From an uncultured virus (IMG/VR IMGVR_UViG_3300018405_000013) (Duplodnaviria > Heunggongvirae > Uroviricota > Caudoviricetes), in IMG/VR virus record IMGVR_UViG_3300018405_000013: a stretch of 64,000 nt of DNA; one strand, given 5' to 3'. A program made the translations under genes and the position numbers. Shown here in pieces: positions 1 to 9,279 of this stretch. A model generated the notes under the pieces. That model did no database searches, was not told the DNA's origin, and worked only from the letters and a program-made list of their open reading frames with translations. Numbering within the stretch: the first letter of the stretch is position 1; every line of letters starts with the position of its first letter.

Positions 1-473
1 ATAAAGTCGTCAATACGACTAGAACCGTTTATGGTGCAAAGTGTATTGTCGTCAGTGTTTACGCCCAAACTAACTACCCCACATGGTACGCCATTTAATG
101 CGCTGTCAATAATTTCCAATGCCTTGTTTGCTGTGTGACTTGGTTGTCTTTGTGCTGATAACCATGTTTCCAACCTATACATTCTGTAGCCGATAAGGTC
201 GGCAATAGTCAACTTTCTTGGGAACGTGCGCAACTTCTTATCAAGGTTAGCGATATATTCGGCTTTTTTGTCAACTGGTGCGCCTGTTGTGTCTGCCTGT
301 GGTTCGTCCTGTGGCTGTGTGTCTGCCTGTGTCCGTTCTGTTTCTGCCTGTGCTGTTTCTCCCTTAATTTCCATGTTAGTTCCTTCACTTTCTGTAGCCT
401 GTGCTACTGCTTCATTCTGTGCGATAACTTCCTGTGTCTTTGCGTTTGCCTTTGCGTTGTTCTTAACTGTCAT
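1..473 (-). CDS. Partial ORF (runs off window): Ala/Gln/Glu-rich N-terminus followed by a DUF262/ParB-like segment
   Basis: Own translation from ATG at 473: MTVKNNAKANAKTQE...AQRQPSH..LEIIDSALNGVPCGVVRL...TINGSSRIDDF, resembling DUF262 QR..W..IDS..G.P.G..L...IDGQQR. RBS GTGAAGG and promoter at 539-567. Not in the ORF track. Confidence 0.65.
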   Translation of the reverse strand, partial: MTVKNNAKANAKTQEVIAQNEAVAQATESEGTNMEIKGETAQAETERTQADTQPQDEPQADTTGAPVDKKAEYIANLDKKLRTFPRKLTIADLIGYRMYRLETWLSAQRQPSHTANKALEIIDSALNGVPCGVVSLGVNTDDNTLCTINGSSRIDDF

Positions 474-538
474 AATAATACCTTCACTTTCTGCCCATGT
501 TGGGCTATAAAATATAATTTTGTTTACCTTACTTCTTA

Positions 539-567
539 AGTATAAACTAATTTAAACTAATTGTCAA
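539..567 (-). promoter_or_regulatory. Sigma70/SigA-type promoter
   Basis: TTGACA-17 bp-TATACT on minus strand. Confidence 0.75.
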
Positions 568-708
568 TGTTTTTATTTCAAAACATTATTTGGAAATCTT
601 TTCCAATTTATTGTATACAATCACGCTGCCAAAACATAAAGCTGAAAAGCAACCCAACAAATATAATGTCACTTTCACGCAGACTTCAAAATTTTCCATG
701 ACTTCCCC

Positions 709-1023
709 CTACTTTTCTACAATATCAATAATCAAGTCGTCATAAATATCTGCCGTTCCTAGCGTGTCAAATTTGACAACATATTCAGTGCCAACTTTTA
801 AGTCGGGTCTATTTTCACAATACCAACCATTTCCATCAAAAGTCGATAACTGCACCTTGCCATTTTCGTTAGAAACTACTGTAGCAAGTTCTGACTTTTG
901 TTGTGTCATTTTCATAAAGTTAACATTCTGCTGAATTTTCTTTGAATGTTCAGCGTTATTCTGTGCGTTAAATCCGCAAACTAAAGTCGCCATTAAGCAG
1001 ACAGCTAAAACTTTTCTTTTCAT
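709..1023 (-). CDS. Secreted hypothetical protein
   Basis: Signal-peptide-like N-terminus MKRKVLAVCLMATLVCG; RBS GGGGGT. Confidence 0.65.
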   Translation of the reverse strand: MKRKVLAVCLMATLVCGFNAQNNAEHSKKIQQNVNFMKMTQQKSELATVVSNENGKVQLSTFDGNGWYCENRPDLKVGTEYVVKFDTLGTADIYDDLIIDIVEK

Positions 1024-1075
1024 AATTTTTTACCCCCAAATTTTACCAATTCAAACTATACCGTTCTATAAATTT

Positions 1076-1291
1076 TTAATTGCCTTGATAGAAAAGTTCC
1101 AACGGCAATTCTATTTTCAATTCAATAGCCAAACTTCTTAAGCAAGAAAAATCATCTTCCAGTATTTGGCTTGTGTATTCTTGTATCAGTTCGGACTTTG
1201 TAAAGTCATATATAGAAAACATATCAATTGCAATTTCTGCAACTTCATTCACAAAGTCTTTAAGTTCTTGACTTAATTGTAATCGTTTCAT
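1076..1291 (-). CDS. Acidic hypothetical protein
   Basis: 71-aa ORF with RBS AAGGA. Confidence 0.55.
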   Translation of the reverse strand: MKRLQLSQELKDFVNEVAEIAIDMFSIYDFTKSELIQEYTSQILEDDFSCLRSLAIELKIELPLELFYQGN

Positions 1292-1481
1292 TTATGTAAA
1301 TTCCTTACTTCTAATACCACAGTCTATTAGCTGACTTACTGCTTTGATATTCCTTGCCACACTTCCAAAATACTTTTAATGTATTTCTACTTGTGTAATG
1401 GGGGTGTATATCCTAACCAGATTTTTACAACCGTATTTGCTTTGTTGTTCGTACACTGTAGTAATCGCTTACTACTTCTTA

Positions 1482-1746
1482 AGTATATCACAGGTTCAAA
1501 CCCTGTGTCAACTACTTTTTTAAAAAGTTTTTTAAGTTCTGTCCTGTAGTAATTGCTTACCACATTTACTATTATAAACGTGTGACTTGCTAATGTCAAC
1601 AACTTTTTTCAAGAAATTTTCAACTTATTTATTATACCAGTGACGCGCTAACGTGTGTGTATATATAATGAAGTTTTGATGAAGTATGCTGTTGTGTAAT
1701 GCCTTATCACATTTTCTATATTAAACCTATTCAAGACTAATGTCAA
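1482..1746 (-). promoter_or_regulatory. Cluster of SigA-type promoters
   Basis: TTGACA at 1506-1511 (18 bp, TATACT), 1594-1599 (17 bp, TATAAT), 1741-1746 (17 bp, TAATAT). Confidence 0.6.
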
Positions 1747-1998
1747 ATACTTTTTTCATATTTTTTTAAAAAACTTTATCTAAAAAAATCGCTTCTATTA
1801 TATAGGAAAAATAAATCATCATTTATATGCGATACAATCCCACAAATTAAGCGTATCATGGTTTTTTACTGGTGAATAATAAGAACATACCAATCCACCT
1901 ATATAATGTCTAAAATCTGCTTTTATATGTACATAAATATATTAAAATTCTATGTATATGTATCGCAGCGATAATGGTATATAATTTTTTAATCATTC

Positions 1999-2245
1999 CC
2001 ATAGGGAAAGATGATAATAGCGTTAGCTATTATCTATAGTATCAATAGGAAATAACTATAGTAATGTAGTTTTCAAAATTACATCATATAATATCAATAT
2101 CTATCTTTATCTATACCTATATTATATCAAAATTTAGCTACTTTGTCAAGTTGATAGACTTTACATCAAAATGGCTATCGTGACCATAGGAAAAGATAAT
2201 AATAACGAATAGTTATTATTTATAGTATCAATAGGATTTATCTAT
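1999..2245. repeat. Two imperfect ~62-bp direct repeats, each with an internal 9-bp hairpin
   Basis: 1999-2060 and 2184-2245; hairpins GATAATAGC/GCTATTATC and AATAATAAC/GTTATTATT; a consensus promoter (2121-2149) lies between them. Confidence 0.8.
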
Positions 2246-2386
2246 ACTATAGCGTAACCATAGTATTTATTTATGGAAGGCATAGGATCTACCTATTTCC
2301 AAAATCTACCAGATCCGGTCTACTAAAAAATTTAAGGTCTACAAAATTTCTTCCTATTGGAGAAAAACCAGAAGTCCACGAACCCA

Positions 2387-2591
2387 CGCAGGGTAACAGC
2401 GACTCGCAGGGTAACAGCCGAGGCTCGGTTAACAGCTGAGGTTCCAGAAACTTGCGTAGAGGTATCATGACCGAAGGGAATGATTGTCTGAACGACAGTT
2501 CAGTAAAATCAGACCAAATTCAAGGAACAGCTACGAATGATGACAAAAGGAAATCAAAACCAATAAGGTAATAGTCTCACAGGGTAACAGC
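2387..2591 (+). repeat. Short direct repeats (C[GA]CAG)GGTAACAGC, four copies
   Basis: Copies at 2387-2400, 2405-2418, 2427-2436 (GGTTAACAGC) and 2578-2591. Confidence 0.8.
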
Positions 2592-2629
2592 GATGAACCA
2601 AGTAGCTTTTATGTTTTTAGAATTAACAC

Positions 2630-2953
2630 TTATAGAATATCAACTATATACTTCTTAGGTTTAATCCAACATTCAGATTCACCGTCAAGTATTCCAAACA
2701 ATTTAACGTCATAGCTACACGTTCCATGCTTTCCAATATATGAAATTATAACAAATGCACCTGTATAGTCAGTAGTAGAAACATTGTATTCAAATAACTG
2801 AATAACCTTTCCGGTCTTAACAATATCTTCCTTATCAATCCCATCGCTGTAATAAAATTCTACTTCATCACCAACATTGATAGTAACATTGTTATATGTA
2901 ATACCAACTATTTTACTATCATCATTCACATCAAATATATAACCATTATCCAC
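2630..2953 (-). CDS. Small SH3/KOW-like protein with C-terminal tag (YIVDIL)
   Basis: VGDEV...G.V pattern; terminal motif. Confidence 0.75.
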   Translation of the reverse strand: MDNGYIFDVNDDSKIVGITYNNVTINVGDEVEFYYSDGIDKEDIVKTGKVIQLFEYNVSTTDYTGAFVIISYIGKHGTCSYDVKLFGILDGESECWIKPKKYIVDIL

Positions 2954-2959
2954 TTATAA

Positions 2960-3790
2960 TCACCACCTTAACAATCTACAATAACCAATAACTAATATCA
3001 AATATATAAAATTGAATAAACGATAGTTTATGAAATTTTATACACATATTCTGTTTTGCATATGAAGTTGATTATAATCAGAATCCTTATAATTTATTCA
3101 GACAATATAATCAACGGATATATGCTATATATACAGAATAATTTTCAAAAACAAATTCAAAAATATGTAGAAAAAATATAGAATAATTATACAAAATTTT
3201 ATGAAAATCTTATAACATAAATTTTACATTATTTTATAAATATTTTACAAAAATTTATAAATATTTTTTAGAAAGTTCTAATCACTTTTTACATATTTTT
3301 TACAAAATATTTTAGAAGCATCTAACATAACAGGTTTATATATAGGAAGAATCATTTTAACCAATTCTAAAATTTATCGCATATATAAAATTATTTTATA
3401 TAATATATTTATAAGTATTTACAATCTTTATTTAAATTTCATCAACCCTTATAAATTGTTTTTAATTTACAGATACCTTTATCTATATATTCTTGTTATA
3501 AATATACCACACACAAAATGGAATTCATTTTTAAATTTCTTCCATTTGTGTTATCATATGTATTTATATTATAAGAATACTTTATATATATATTTATATT
3601 ATAATATTATATTATATATTCTATCACTTTTTATGATTCTTTATATAAGGAACGATTGCGTAACATAAGTATTTCTATGGAGTTTTTTTCAAGTTTATCA
3701 CTTTTGTCTCTCAAAAATGGAGTCCGCCCAAAAAGGTGATAAAGAAAAAACCAGTATTTTTTTTAAAAGTTATCACTTTTGGGGTGATAA
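2960..3790. other. Very AT-rich non-coding tract ending in inverted TTATCAC/GTGATAA repeats (candidate origin)
   Basis: TTATCAC at 3695 and 3770, GTGATAA at 3736 and 3784; no credible ORF in the tract. Confidence 0.45.
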
Positions 3791-3800
3791 ATTTATCTGC

Positions 3801-5048
3801 TTACTTTTTAGTGGTTAAGGCTTTTTCTTCATCTAATTCTATACCCGCCCAATCGCACAATAACGTTCTCATCCTTCTTGATGGTATATATATATTGATT
3901 GATTCACAACATCTTAATCTACTTCTAAATATAAATTGTATCAATTCAGATAGCGCAAATGCATCTTCATCAACTTCTATTCCACAACTATCAAAGAATA
4001 ATTTAATGTATGGATTCATAAATCTATTAGCAATATATGCTACATTTTTTCTAGTTCTATATTCATTTGTCGCGCGCATATTTAATGAAACAAACGACTT
4101 TGAAAAACCTTTACTTGAATAGTCATCTTTACAAGATATAAACGTAGTCCAAATACAATCATTACCTTTAGCCTTAACAACATTTCTAAGAAAGTTATTG
4201 ATGTTATTTTTTAGAACCCTTGATACTGCGTTGTTTCTATTTTTATCAAACCAAGTTCTTGATAAGGCATTTCTGTCATATCCAATTTGATTAAGGTTAG
4301 GTTTGTCATATACGTTAATCAGTTTGCCATATTTTTCTTTGACGTTATAATCTTGATATTCTTCTGTAAATTCAAAATCTTTAACATATAGATATTCATA
4401 TTGGATATTGTAAAAATCATAATAATATTTTTGAACCTGTGCATCAAATATATATGTTAGTATAAATATATCGCTAAAGGCTTCAAATACTTTTATTGGA
4501 AACATCCATATAAGTAGATTAACCTGTTCACCTACTTTATGTGCTGTAACACATCCTAAATCGCATAGGTTTTTATAATCTTCGAACCTTCCAACATAAT
4601 CCTTATCGTCCCATATAACGGACACGCCATCAATATGTGCATATTTTTCCAATATAGTATTCGCATCATCCGACGATATTTCTAATGGCGAAACTACATC
4701 TGCAACTTCATCCATTATCAATATGTATCCGCTTAATTTAACCAAATTGATTACATCCGGCGTAAATCTATTAAACAGATTGTGTGTTGTTACAATATTA
4801 TCACCCTTTTCAATTAGTCTAAATATATCTTGCATCTTACTGCCATATGTTTGCGGTTCTTTAAACTTTTTATCAACACACGTTTCTTTTATTCTTTGAA
4901 CTTCTGTAAGATATGGTGTGACATACATAAATCTTTCGCCAACATTTGAAGGGTGGTTTATATAATTGATTGCGGCGGTTGTCTTTCCCGCCCCACAAAT
5001 CGCATCTATAACTTTTACTTTAATTTCATTCATTTTCAATCTCTCCAT
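3801..5048 (-). CDS. Superfamily 2 helicase-like / origin-binding-type protein (start may be 5033)
   Basis: Walker A DAICGAGKTT, Walker B LIMDEV, motif VI-like QFIFRSRLR. Confidence 0.75.
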   Translation of the reverse strand: MERLKMNEIKVKVIDAICGAGKTTAAINYINHPSNVGERFMYVTPYLTEVQRIKETCVDKKFKEPQTYGSKMQDIFRLIEKGDNIVTTHNLFNRFTPDVINLVKLSGYILIMDEVADVVSPLEISSDDANTILEKYAHIDGVSVIWDDKDYVGRFEDYKNLCDLGCVTAHKVGEQVNLLIWMFPIKVFEAFSDIFILTYIFDAQVQKYYYDFYNIQYEYLYVKDFEFTEEYQDYNVKEKYGKLINVYDKPNLNQIGYDRNALSRTWFDKNRNNAVSRVLKNNINNFLRNVVKAKGNDCIWTTFISCKDDYSSKGFSKSFVSLNMRATNEYRTRKNVAYIANRFMNPYIKLFFDSCGIEVDEDAFALSELIQFIFRSRLRCCESINIYIPSRRMRTLLCDWAGIELDEEKALTTKK

Positions 5049-5209
5049 ATTCCATCTTTAATTTCGATATGCTTAGTTGTTTTCTTACACTTAACACACC
5101 ATAAATCTTTTATATGACCAACTTTTCTTTGTCTGCCCGCATGTCTTGAAATTGGAAACAACGAACCACATTCTTCACATCTTAACCACGTTATCACTGT
5201 CTTTATCAT
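5036..5209 (-). CDS. 57-aa L33-like zinc-ribbon protein
   Basis: Own translation MIKTVITWLRCEECG...GHIKDLWCVKCKKTTKHIEIK; two CxxC pairs; ATGA overlap with upstream stop. Confidence 0.7.
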   Translation of the reverse strand: MIKTVITWLRCEECGSLFPISRHAGRQRKVGHIKDLWCVKCKKTTKHIEIKDGIWRD

Positions 5210-5514
5210 AAAAGCACCACCTCAAAATTATTGCCAACCAATTCCATCGCGCGATGCATAACCAGATACATATAGGAATCAGTCCTAACAGCATAAACAT
5301 CATTATTATGTTGATTTGGTTTATACGGTGCGATACACACAACTTTACCAATTGTTCCATCTTCATATAATGCACCACTTTCGAACAGTGGTAAATATTC
5401 TGGACAATTCGTAATAACCCATTCTTCATAGCAGTAATAGCAACATGCGTATGCTTTGCTTATTTTAACCTTTGAACCAACTTTAATATCATCACTCATA
5501 TCAACCCTCCTCAC
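5206..5514 (-). CDS. Small protein, W..N.P/IAP family, C-terminal tag (FEVVLL)
   Basis: Paralog of 17349, 20789, 24383, 29427. Confidence 0.8.
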   Translation of the reverse strand: MRRVDMSDDIKVGSKVKISKAYACCYYCYEEWVITNCPEYLPLFESGALYEDGTIGKVVCIAPYKPNQHNNDVYAVRTDSYMYLVMHRAMELVGNNFEVVLL

Positions 5515-5546
5515 TTACATAAGTCTTTCATATGCCATCCCTTCTG

Positions 5547-5828
5547 TTAAATAAGGGAAACGGCATAGTTATTGAATAAATCTTCATAGTAACATTCTTC
5601 AAATCCATCAAGCATCCAATTACCAGTTAGACAGGATTCACTTGGACTAAAATCAGAATAGAAGAAAGATATATGTCGCTTTGCCATAAAACTACTAATA
5701 GTTCTACCCTTACCAAGTTTACCTTGTTGATTTAAAAAGTTAATAAATCTTTCTTTATTATTATCTTCTTTAAACAACATGTTTATATAGTTATTTTGAA
5801 TATGTTCTAAAATTTCAAAATCATTCAT
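5547..5828 (-). CDS. Small protein, RH.[ST]FFY/YYEDL family, C-terminal tag (YAVSLI)
   Basis: Paralog of 7881 and 23280. Confidence 0.8.
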   Translation of the reverse strand: MNDFEILEHIQNNYINMLFKEDNNKERFINFLNQQGKLGKGRTISSFMAKRHISFFYSDFSPSESCLTGNWMLDGFEECYYEDLFNNYAVSLI

Positions 5829-5840
5829 AATACCCTCCGT

Positions 5841-6191
5841 TTATAAAAGGTCTACTTCATATTTACCGCCAATAACAACTTCACCAGTTACTTTATTATA
5901 TTGCACCGGCGACATAACTTCGTATTCACAATATAATTCCATTCGCTTAAGTAAATTATCCATATCATTTGAACTTGCAAAAACGACACTTGTATTACAT
6001 GATTTTGTCAATAAACAATATCTGTCATTGAAAAACACTATTGGATAATATCCACCAACCGGAATATGTTGTTCAACAATCATTTTCGAATTGGCACTTT
6101 GATCTTCTATTATCTCTTTTGTATTAAATAAGTGTGTAAATTCAAAACTGCCCGCACTTTTAATATCCATAACAAGATTCATAATAACCAC
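5841..6191 (-). CDS. Small protein, YYPI family, C-terminal tag (YEVDLL)
   Basis: VGGYYPIV motif. Confidence 0.8.
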   Translation of the reverse strand: MVIMNLVMDIKSAGSFEFTHLFNTKEIIEDQSANSKMIVEQHIPVGGYYPIVFFNDRYCLLTKSCNTSVVFASSNDMDNLLKRMELYCEYEVMSPVQYNKVTGEVVIGGKYEVDLL

Positions 6192-6382
6192 CTTCCTTTA
6201 TAACAGACTTTTTATATCGGAAATTATTTCTTCTATCCGGTTTAATTCTTGCTTATCGTAAGATGATTGCGCCTTAAGTTTAATGGCTTTTAGCTTGTAT
6301 TTGCTTAAAAGTTTTTCTAAGTTTGAACGCATATTTACATACATATATACACGTGTATCTACCATAACAATATCTCCTTAAA

Positions 6383-6589
6383 CTATAGTTTTATTATCGC
6401 ATCATAGTTAATTTCTTCAACGCTTCCGAAATACCAATCTTGCGATTTATTGGAAAATGTTTTATTTTCTTTAAACCAGTGTTTTGCTTGTTCTTCTGTT
6501 AATGCAAATGCAAGATACCGTTCAATTTTTGTATCATTGCTTTTATCTTTATCAATATATCTGTGAATGTTAATAATCCATGCTTTCAT
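6383..6589 (-). CDS. Hypothetical protein
   Basis: ORF in operon context with RBS. Confidence 0.6.
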   Translation of the reverse strand: MKAWIINIHRYIDKDKSNDTKIERYLAFALTEEQAKHWFKENKTFSNKSQDWYFGSVEEINYDAIIKL

Positions 6590-6591
6590 AA

Positions 6592-6780
6592 TTACAATCC
6601 TTCCTTTGCTTCAATATAATATCCGCTATCATTTGTATGTAACAGAACACCGTTGTCAGTAATAACATATCCAACGACACTGTTAGGATTGATATATACA
6701 TGCGACGCAATAATTAAACCGATAACAATACCAATTATAAAAAATACAAGCACCTTAACAGTTTCTTTTAATAATTCCAT
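6592..6780 (-). CDS. Small membrane protein
   Basis: N-terminal hydrophobic helix; RBS GGGGAGG behind promoter. Confidence 0.7.
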   Translation of the reverse strand: MELLKETVKVLVFFIIGIVIGLIIASHVYINPNSVVGYVITDNGVLLHTNDSGYYIEAKEGL

Positions 6781-6820
6781 AACAATTACCTCCCCAATAA
6801 TTCTTTTTTAACCTACATAT

Positions 6821-6849
6821 ATTATATCATATTTTACATATAATGTCAA
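6821..6849 (-). promoter_or_regulatory. SigA-type promoter with extended -10
   Basis: TTGACA-17-TATAAT with TG at -15/-14. Confidence 0.85.
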
Positions 6850-6853
6850 ATCA

Positions 6854-6878
6854 AAAAAGACCGCATATTGCGGTCTTT
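6854..6878 (-). terminator. Intrinsic terminator
   Basis: AAAGACCGC-ATATT-GCGGTCTTT hairpin with U-tract on minus strand. Confidence 0.8.
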
Positions 6879-6887
6879 AAATAATAT

Positions 6888-7172
6888 TTATTTATACATT
6901 TTGTATTTAATGTAGTCACACATATCTTCAAAAGTGTTTCTAAAAAACCTATTCCACACCTTTGTTAATACACACCAAACACCTACGCATATTAGCATTA
7001 TGCATGTTCCAGGCAAAAACGCCAATAGTATTATTGCTTTAAGCAAAATACCGAATCTGGTAATTTTTTTACTTTTTGGGTATCTGTATACATAGCTAAA
7101 TACAACACTAGTAGATACACCAATTCCAAACAATACATATAAGTATAACAGCACAGAAATTAATTCATTCAT
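6888..7172 (-). CDS. Membrane protein
   Basis: Two hydrophobic segments; RBS GGGAGG. Confidence 0.7.
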   Translation of the reverse strand: MNELISVLLYLYVLFGIGVSTSVVFSYVYRYPKSKKITRFGILLKAIILLAFLPGTCIMLICVGVWCVLTKVWNRFFRNTFEDMCDYIKYKMYK

Positions 7173-7201
7173 TTTAATTACCTCCCAGTAAATTTAATAT
7201 A

Positions 7202-7462
7202 TTATAACTTTTTCCAATGAAATGTGCTACCTTCAAAATGTCCAGTTCTAAACGAAATTGATTTTGTAATTTCTATTTCCACTTCAAAAAATGATATAAA
7301 ATCTTTACCACAATCTTTGCACACATGGTCAAAGCAGATTGCGCTTGGCGCATTAACATTTAAAGTATTCATACTTTGATTTATAGTATATGTGCTTTTG
7401 CCGCCACATTTGGGGCACCTTATATCTTCAACATTTAATTTTTCTAAATTCATTTCAAACAC
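7202..7462 (-). CDS. Zinc-ribbon protein
   Basis: CPKCG and CKDCG pairs. Confidence 0.7.
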   Translation of the reverse strand: MFEMNLEKLNVEDIRCPKCGGKSTYTINQSMNTLNVNAPSAICFDHVCKDCGKDFISFFEVEIEITKSISFRTGHFEGSTFHWKKL

Positions 7463-7773
7463 CCCAATGTATATGACTTATGACATGTTTTAAAATAATT
7501 TTTAAAATCTTCTATAATTACATCATACAAACGATTGACTTCTTTAGTGCCGGCGCATAATCCTTCTTCTTTGAAGAAAGAAACATATGTCGAATCTTCG
7601 TTGTTTGAAATAACAATCTTGATTGAACTGTATGGCACGTATTTCGTTGGAATGATAACAATTGAATTGTCAACAGTGTCATTTTTAAAAGAACCGAAAA
7701 TGCTTCCTATAACATCTTCTGTGAACACGACCATGTCATTTACTGGCATATTACTTACATAAATATTTTCCAT
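7450..7773 (-). CDS. Hypothetical protein
   Basis: RBS TTGGGAGG downstream of promoter. Confidence 0.7.
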   Translation of the reverse strand: MENIYVSNMPVNDMVVFTEDVIGSIFGSFKNDTVDNSIVIIPTKYVPYSSIKIVISNNEDSTYVSFFKEEGLCAGTKEVNRLYDVIIEDFKNYFKTCHKSYTLGCLK

Positions 7774-7823
7774 TTTTAATTACCTCCCAAGTAACTATGT
7801 ATTTATCTTTAACTTATAATATA

Positions 7824-7852
7824 ATTATACCAAAAATGCATATAAATGTCAA
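7824..7852 (-). promoter_or_regulatory. SigA-type promoter
   Basis: TTGACA-17-TATAAT. Confidence 0.85.
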
Positions 7853-7880
7853 GTATGTAAAAAAGACCACAAAAGTGGCC

Positions 7881-8165
7881 TTATATCAAATCTACTTTAT
7901 AACTGGAAAATAAATCTTCATAATAATATTCGTTCTTCTTCCTACTTTGTCGTGTGCCATACATAACAGTGCTTGACATCTCCAAATCTTCTTCATAAAA
8001 GAATGTTAAGTGCCTTCTTCCAAGCAATTCGTTATATGAACCGCTACTCCAAAATACATGTTTATTTTTAAGATATTCAAGGAATGAAATTTGATTGGCG
8101 CCACGTTTAAATAACAGATTCATTGGCTCGGTTTTCATTTTCTGTAATATTTCATCGTTTGACAT
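7881..8165 (-). CDS. Small protein, RH.[ST]FFY/YYEDL family, tag (YKVDLI)
   Basis: Paralog of 5547. Confidence 0.8.
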   Translation of the reverse strand: MSNDEILQKMKTEPMNLLFKRGANQISFLEYLKNKHVFWSSGSYNELLGRRHLTFFYEEDLEMSSTVMYGTRQSRKKNEYYYEDLFSSYKVDLI

Positions 8166-8179
8166 AACACGCCCCCTTT

Positions 8180-8425
8180 CTATATTAAATCAACAGCGTA
8201 TTGATTTACAACAAGTTCTAAACAATCTACCATAACCCACCAGCATTTTCCTGGGTCGCCACATCCAATTCCACAAACACCATTGCCATCATGATATCCA
8301 ACCGGTGCATCATCAAATTCAACCAGTATTTCAGTTAGTGAAGAATTTTTTATATGTTTTATGGTTCCTGTTTTTCCTCTATAAACAACCCTATCCCCGA
8401 CTTCATATGGTTTATTATCATCCAT
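8180..8425 (-). CDS. SH3-like protein, H[DN]G/CW family, tag (YAVDLI)
   Basis: GDRV..G.I..VEFD..GYHDG..CWW. Confidence 0.8.
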   Translation of the reverse strand: MDDNKPYEVGDRVVYRGKTGTIKHIKNSSLTEILVEFDDAPVGYHDGNGVCGIGCGDPGKCWWVMVDCLELVVNQYAVDLI

Positions 8426-8436
8426 AATAATCCTCC

Positions 8437-8685
8437 TTATAACAAATTTACTTCATATTTATTTTCAAGTTCAATTTCATTATCTGCACACCAAATATCT
8501 TTATCTGATGCATGGTCAAATGTAACACATATTGGATAATCAGCGCAATTTGGAAATATATTGTTTACAATACCAACATCACCAACATGAACACCATATT
8601 CTGCCAATGGTGTTTCGATGCAGTCAGTGTCGTCTACAACACGAACCCTGTCGCCAATTTTATATTTAAGTTTATTGTCAGCCAT
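8437..8685 (-). CDS. SH3-like protein, GDRVR family, tag (YEVNLL)
   Basis: Paralog of 9035, 9280, 11164. Confidence 0.8.
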   Translation of the reverse strand: MADNKLKYKIGDRVRVVDDTDCIETPLAEYGVHVGDVGIVNNIFPNCADYPICVTFDHASDKDIWCADNEIELENKYEVNLL

Positions 8686-8694
8686 AATAACCCC

Positions 8695-9021
8695 CTAAAC
8701 TAAATCAACCGCATAGTTATCTTTAATAACCACATAACCATCTTCTTCATCGTATTCAAGTATATCAATTACTTCAAACGTAGTATGATTATGCAATACA
8801 CGTGTAACTTCGGATATATGAGTATTCCCAGTAACATGATCCACCACGTCAAATCTTTTATCAAGACATCTATATCTAAGACCATCATATATGATTGGAT
8901 AATATTTATCCACTTCAAGATACGATTTAATTACCGCAGTCTTTAAACTGGTTATTTTAACAAGACAATAAATTGTAAAACGTTCGTTCCTTGCATTATT
9001 TATGTTCATATTAATTTTCAT
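8695..9021 (-). CDS. YYPI family protein, tag (YAVDLV)
   Basis: VDKYYPIIYD. Confidence 0.8.
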   Translation of the reverse strand: MKINMNINNARNERFTIYCLVKITSLKTAVIKSYLEVDKYYPIIYDGLRYRCLDKRFDVVDHVTGNTHISEVTRVLHNHTTFEVIDILEYDEEDGYVVIKDNYAVDLV

Positions 9022-9034
9022 TGTATTTTACTCC

Positions 9035-9262
9035 CTATAACAAATCTACTTTAAACTCATTTATAAGTTCAAGTTCACATTCGGCAAATGTTAGCCTTCT
9101 ATCTTTAATATCAAGTTTAACTAAAAATGGGTATCTATCATTTCTTTCTAATCCAATAACAGTTCCTTCGTCGCCAACTTTAACCCCAAGTTGTTCCATT
9201 GATATAAATGGGCTTGAATTGCCAATTAGACGAACGCGACTGCCTATTTTTAATTCAGACAT
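9035..9262 (-). CDS. SH3-like protein, tag (FKVDLL)
   Basis: Close tandem paralog of 9280 (shared MEQL, LTFAECE). Confidence 0.85.
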   Translation of the reverse strand: MSELKIGSRVRLIGNSSPFISMEQLGVKVGDEGTVIGLERNDRYPFLVKLDIKDRRLTFAECELELINEFKVDLL

Positions 9263-9279
9263 TTTTCACACACCTCGCC

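Noticed and set aside
1387..1602. 71-aa minus-strand ORF
   Set aside because: It starts within a -35 box and runs across two promoters with no RBS; likely spurious.
1999..2591. Possible CRISPR mini-array
   Set aside because: Repeats are too few, too short or too long, and irregularly spaced, with no unique spacers of constant length and no cas genes.
3456..3668. 70-aa Tyr/Ile/Leu-rich plus-strand ORF
   Set aside because: It is a by-product of the AT-rich low-complexity tract.
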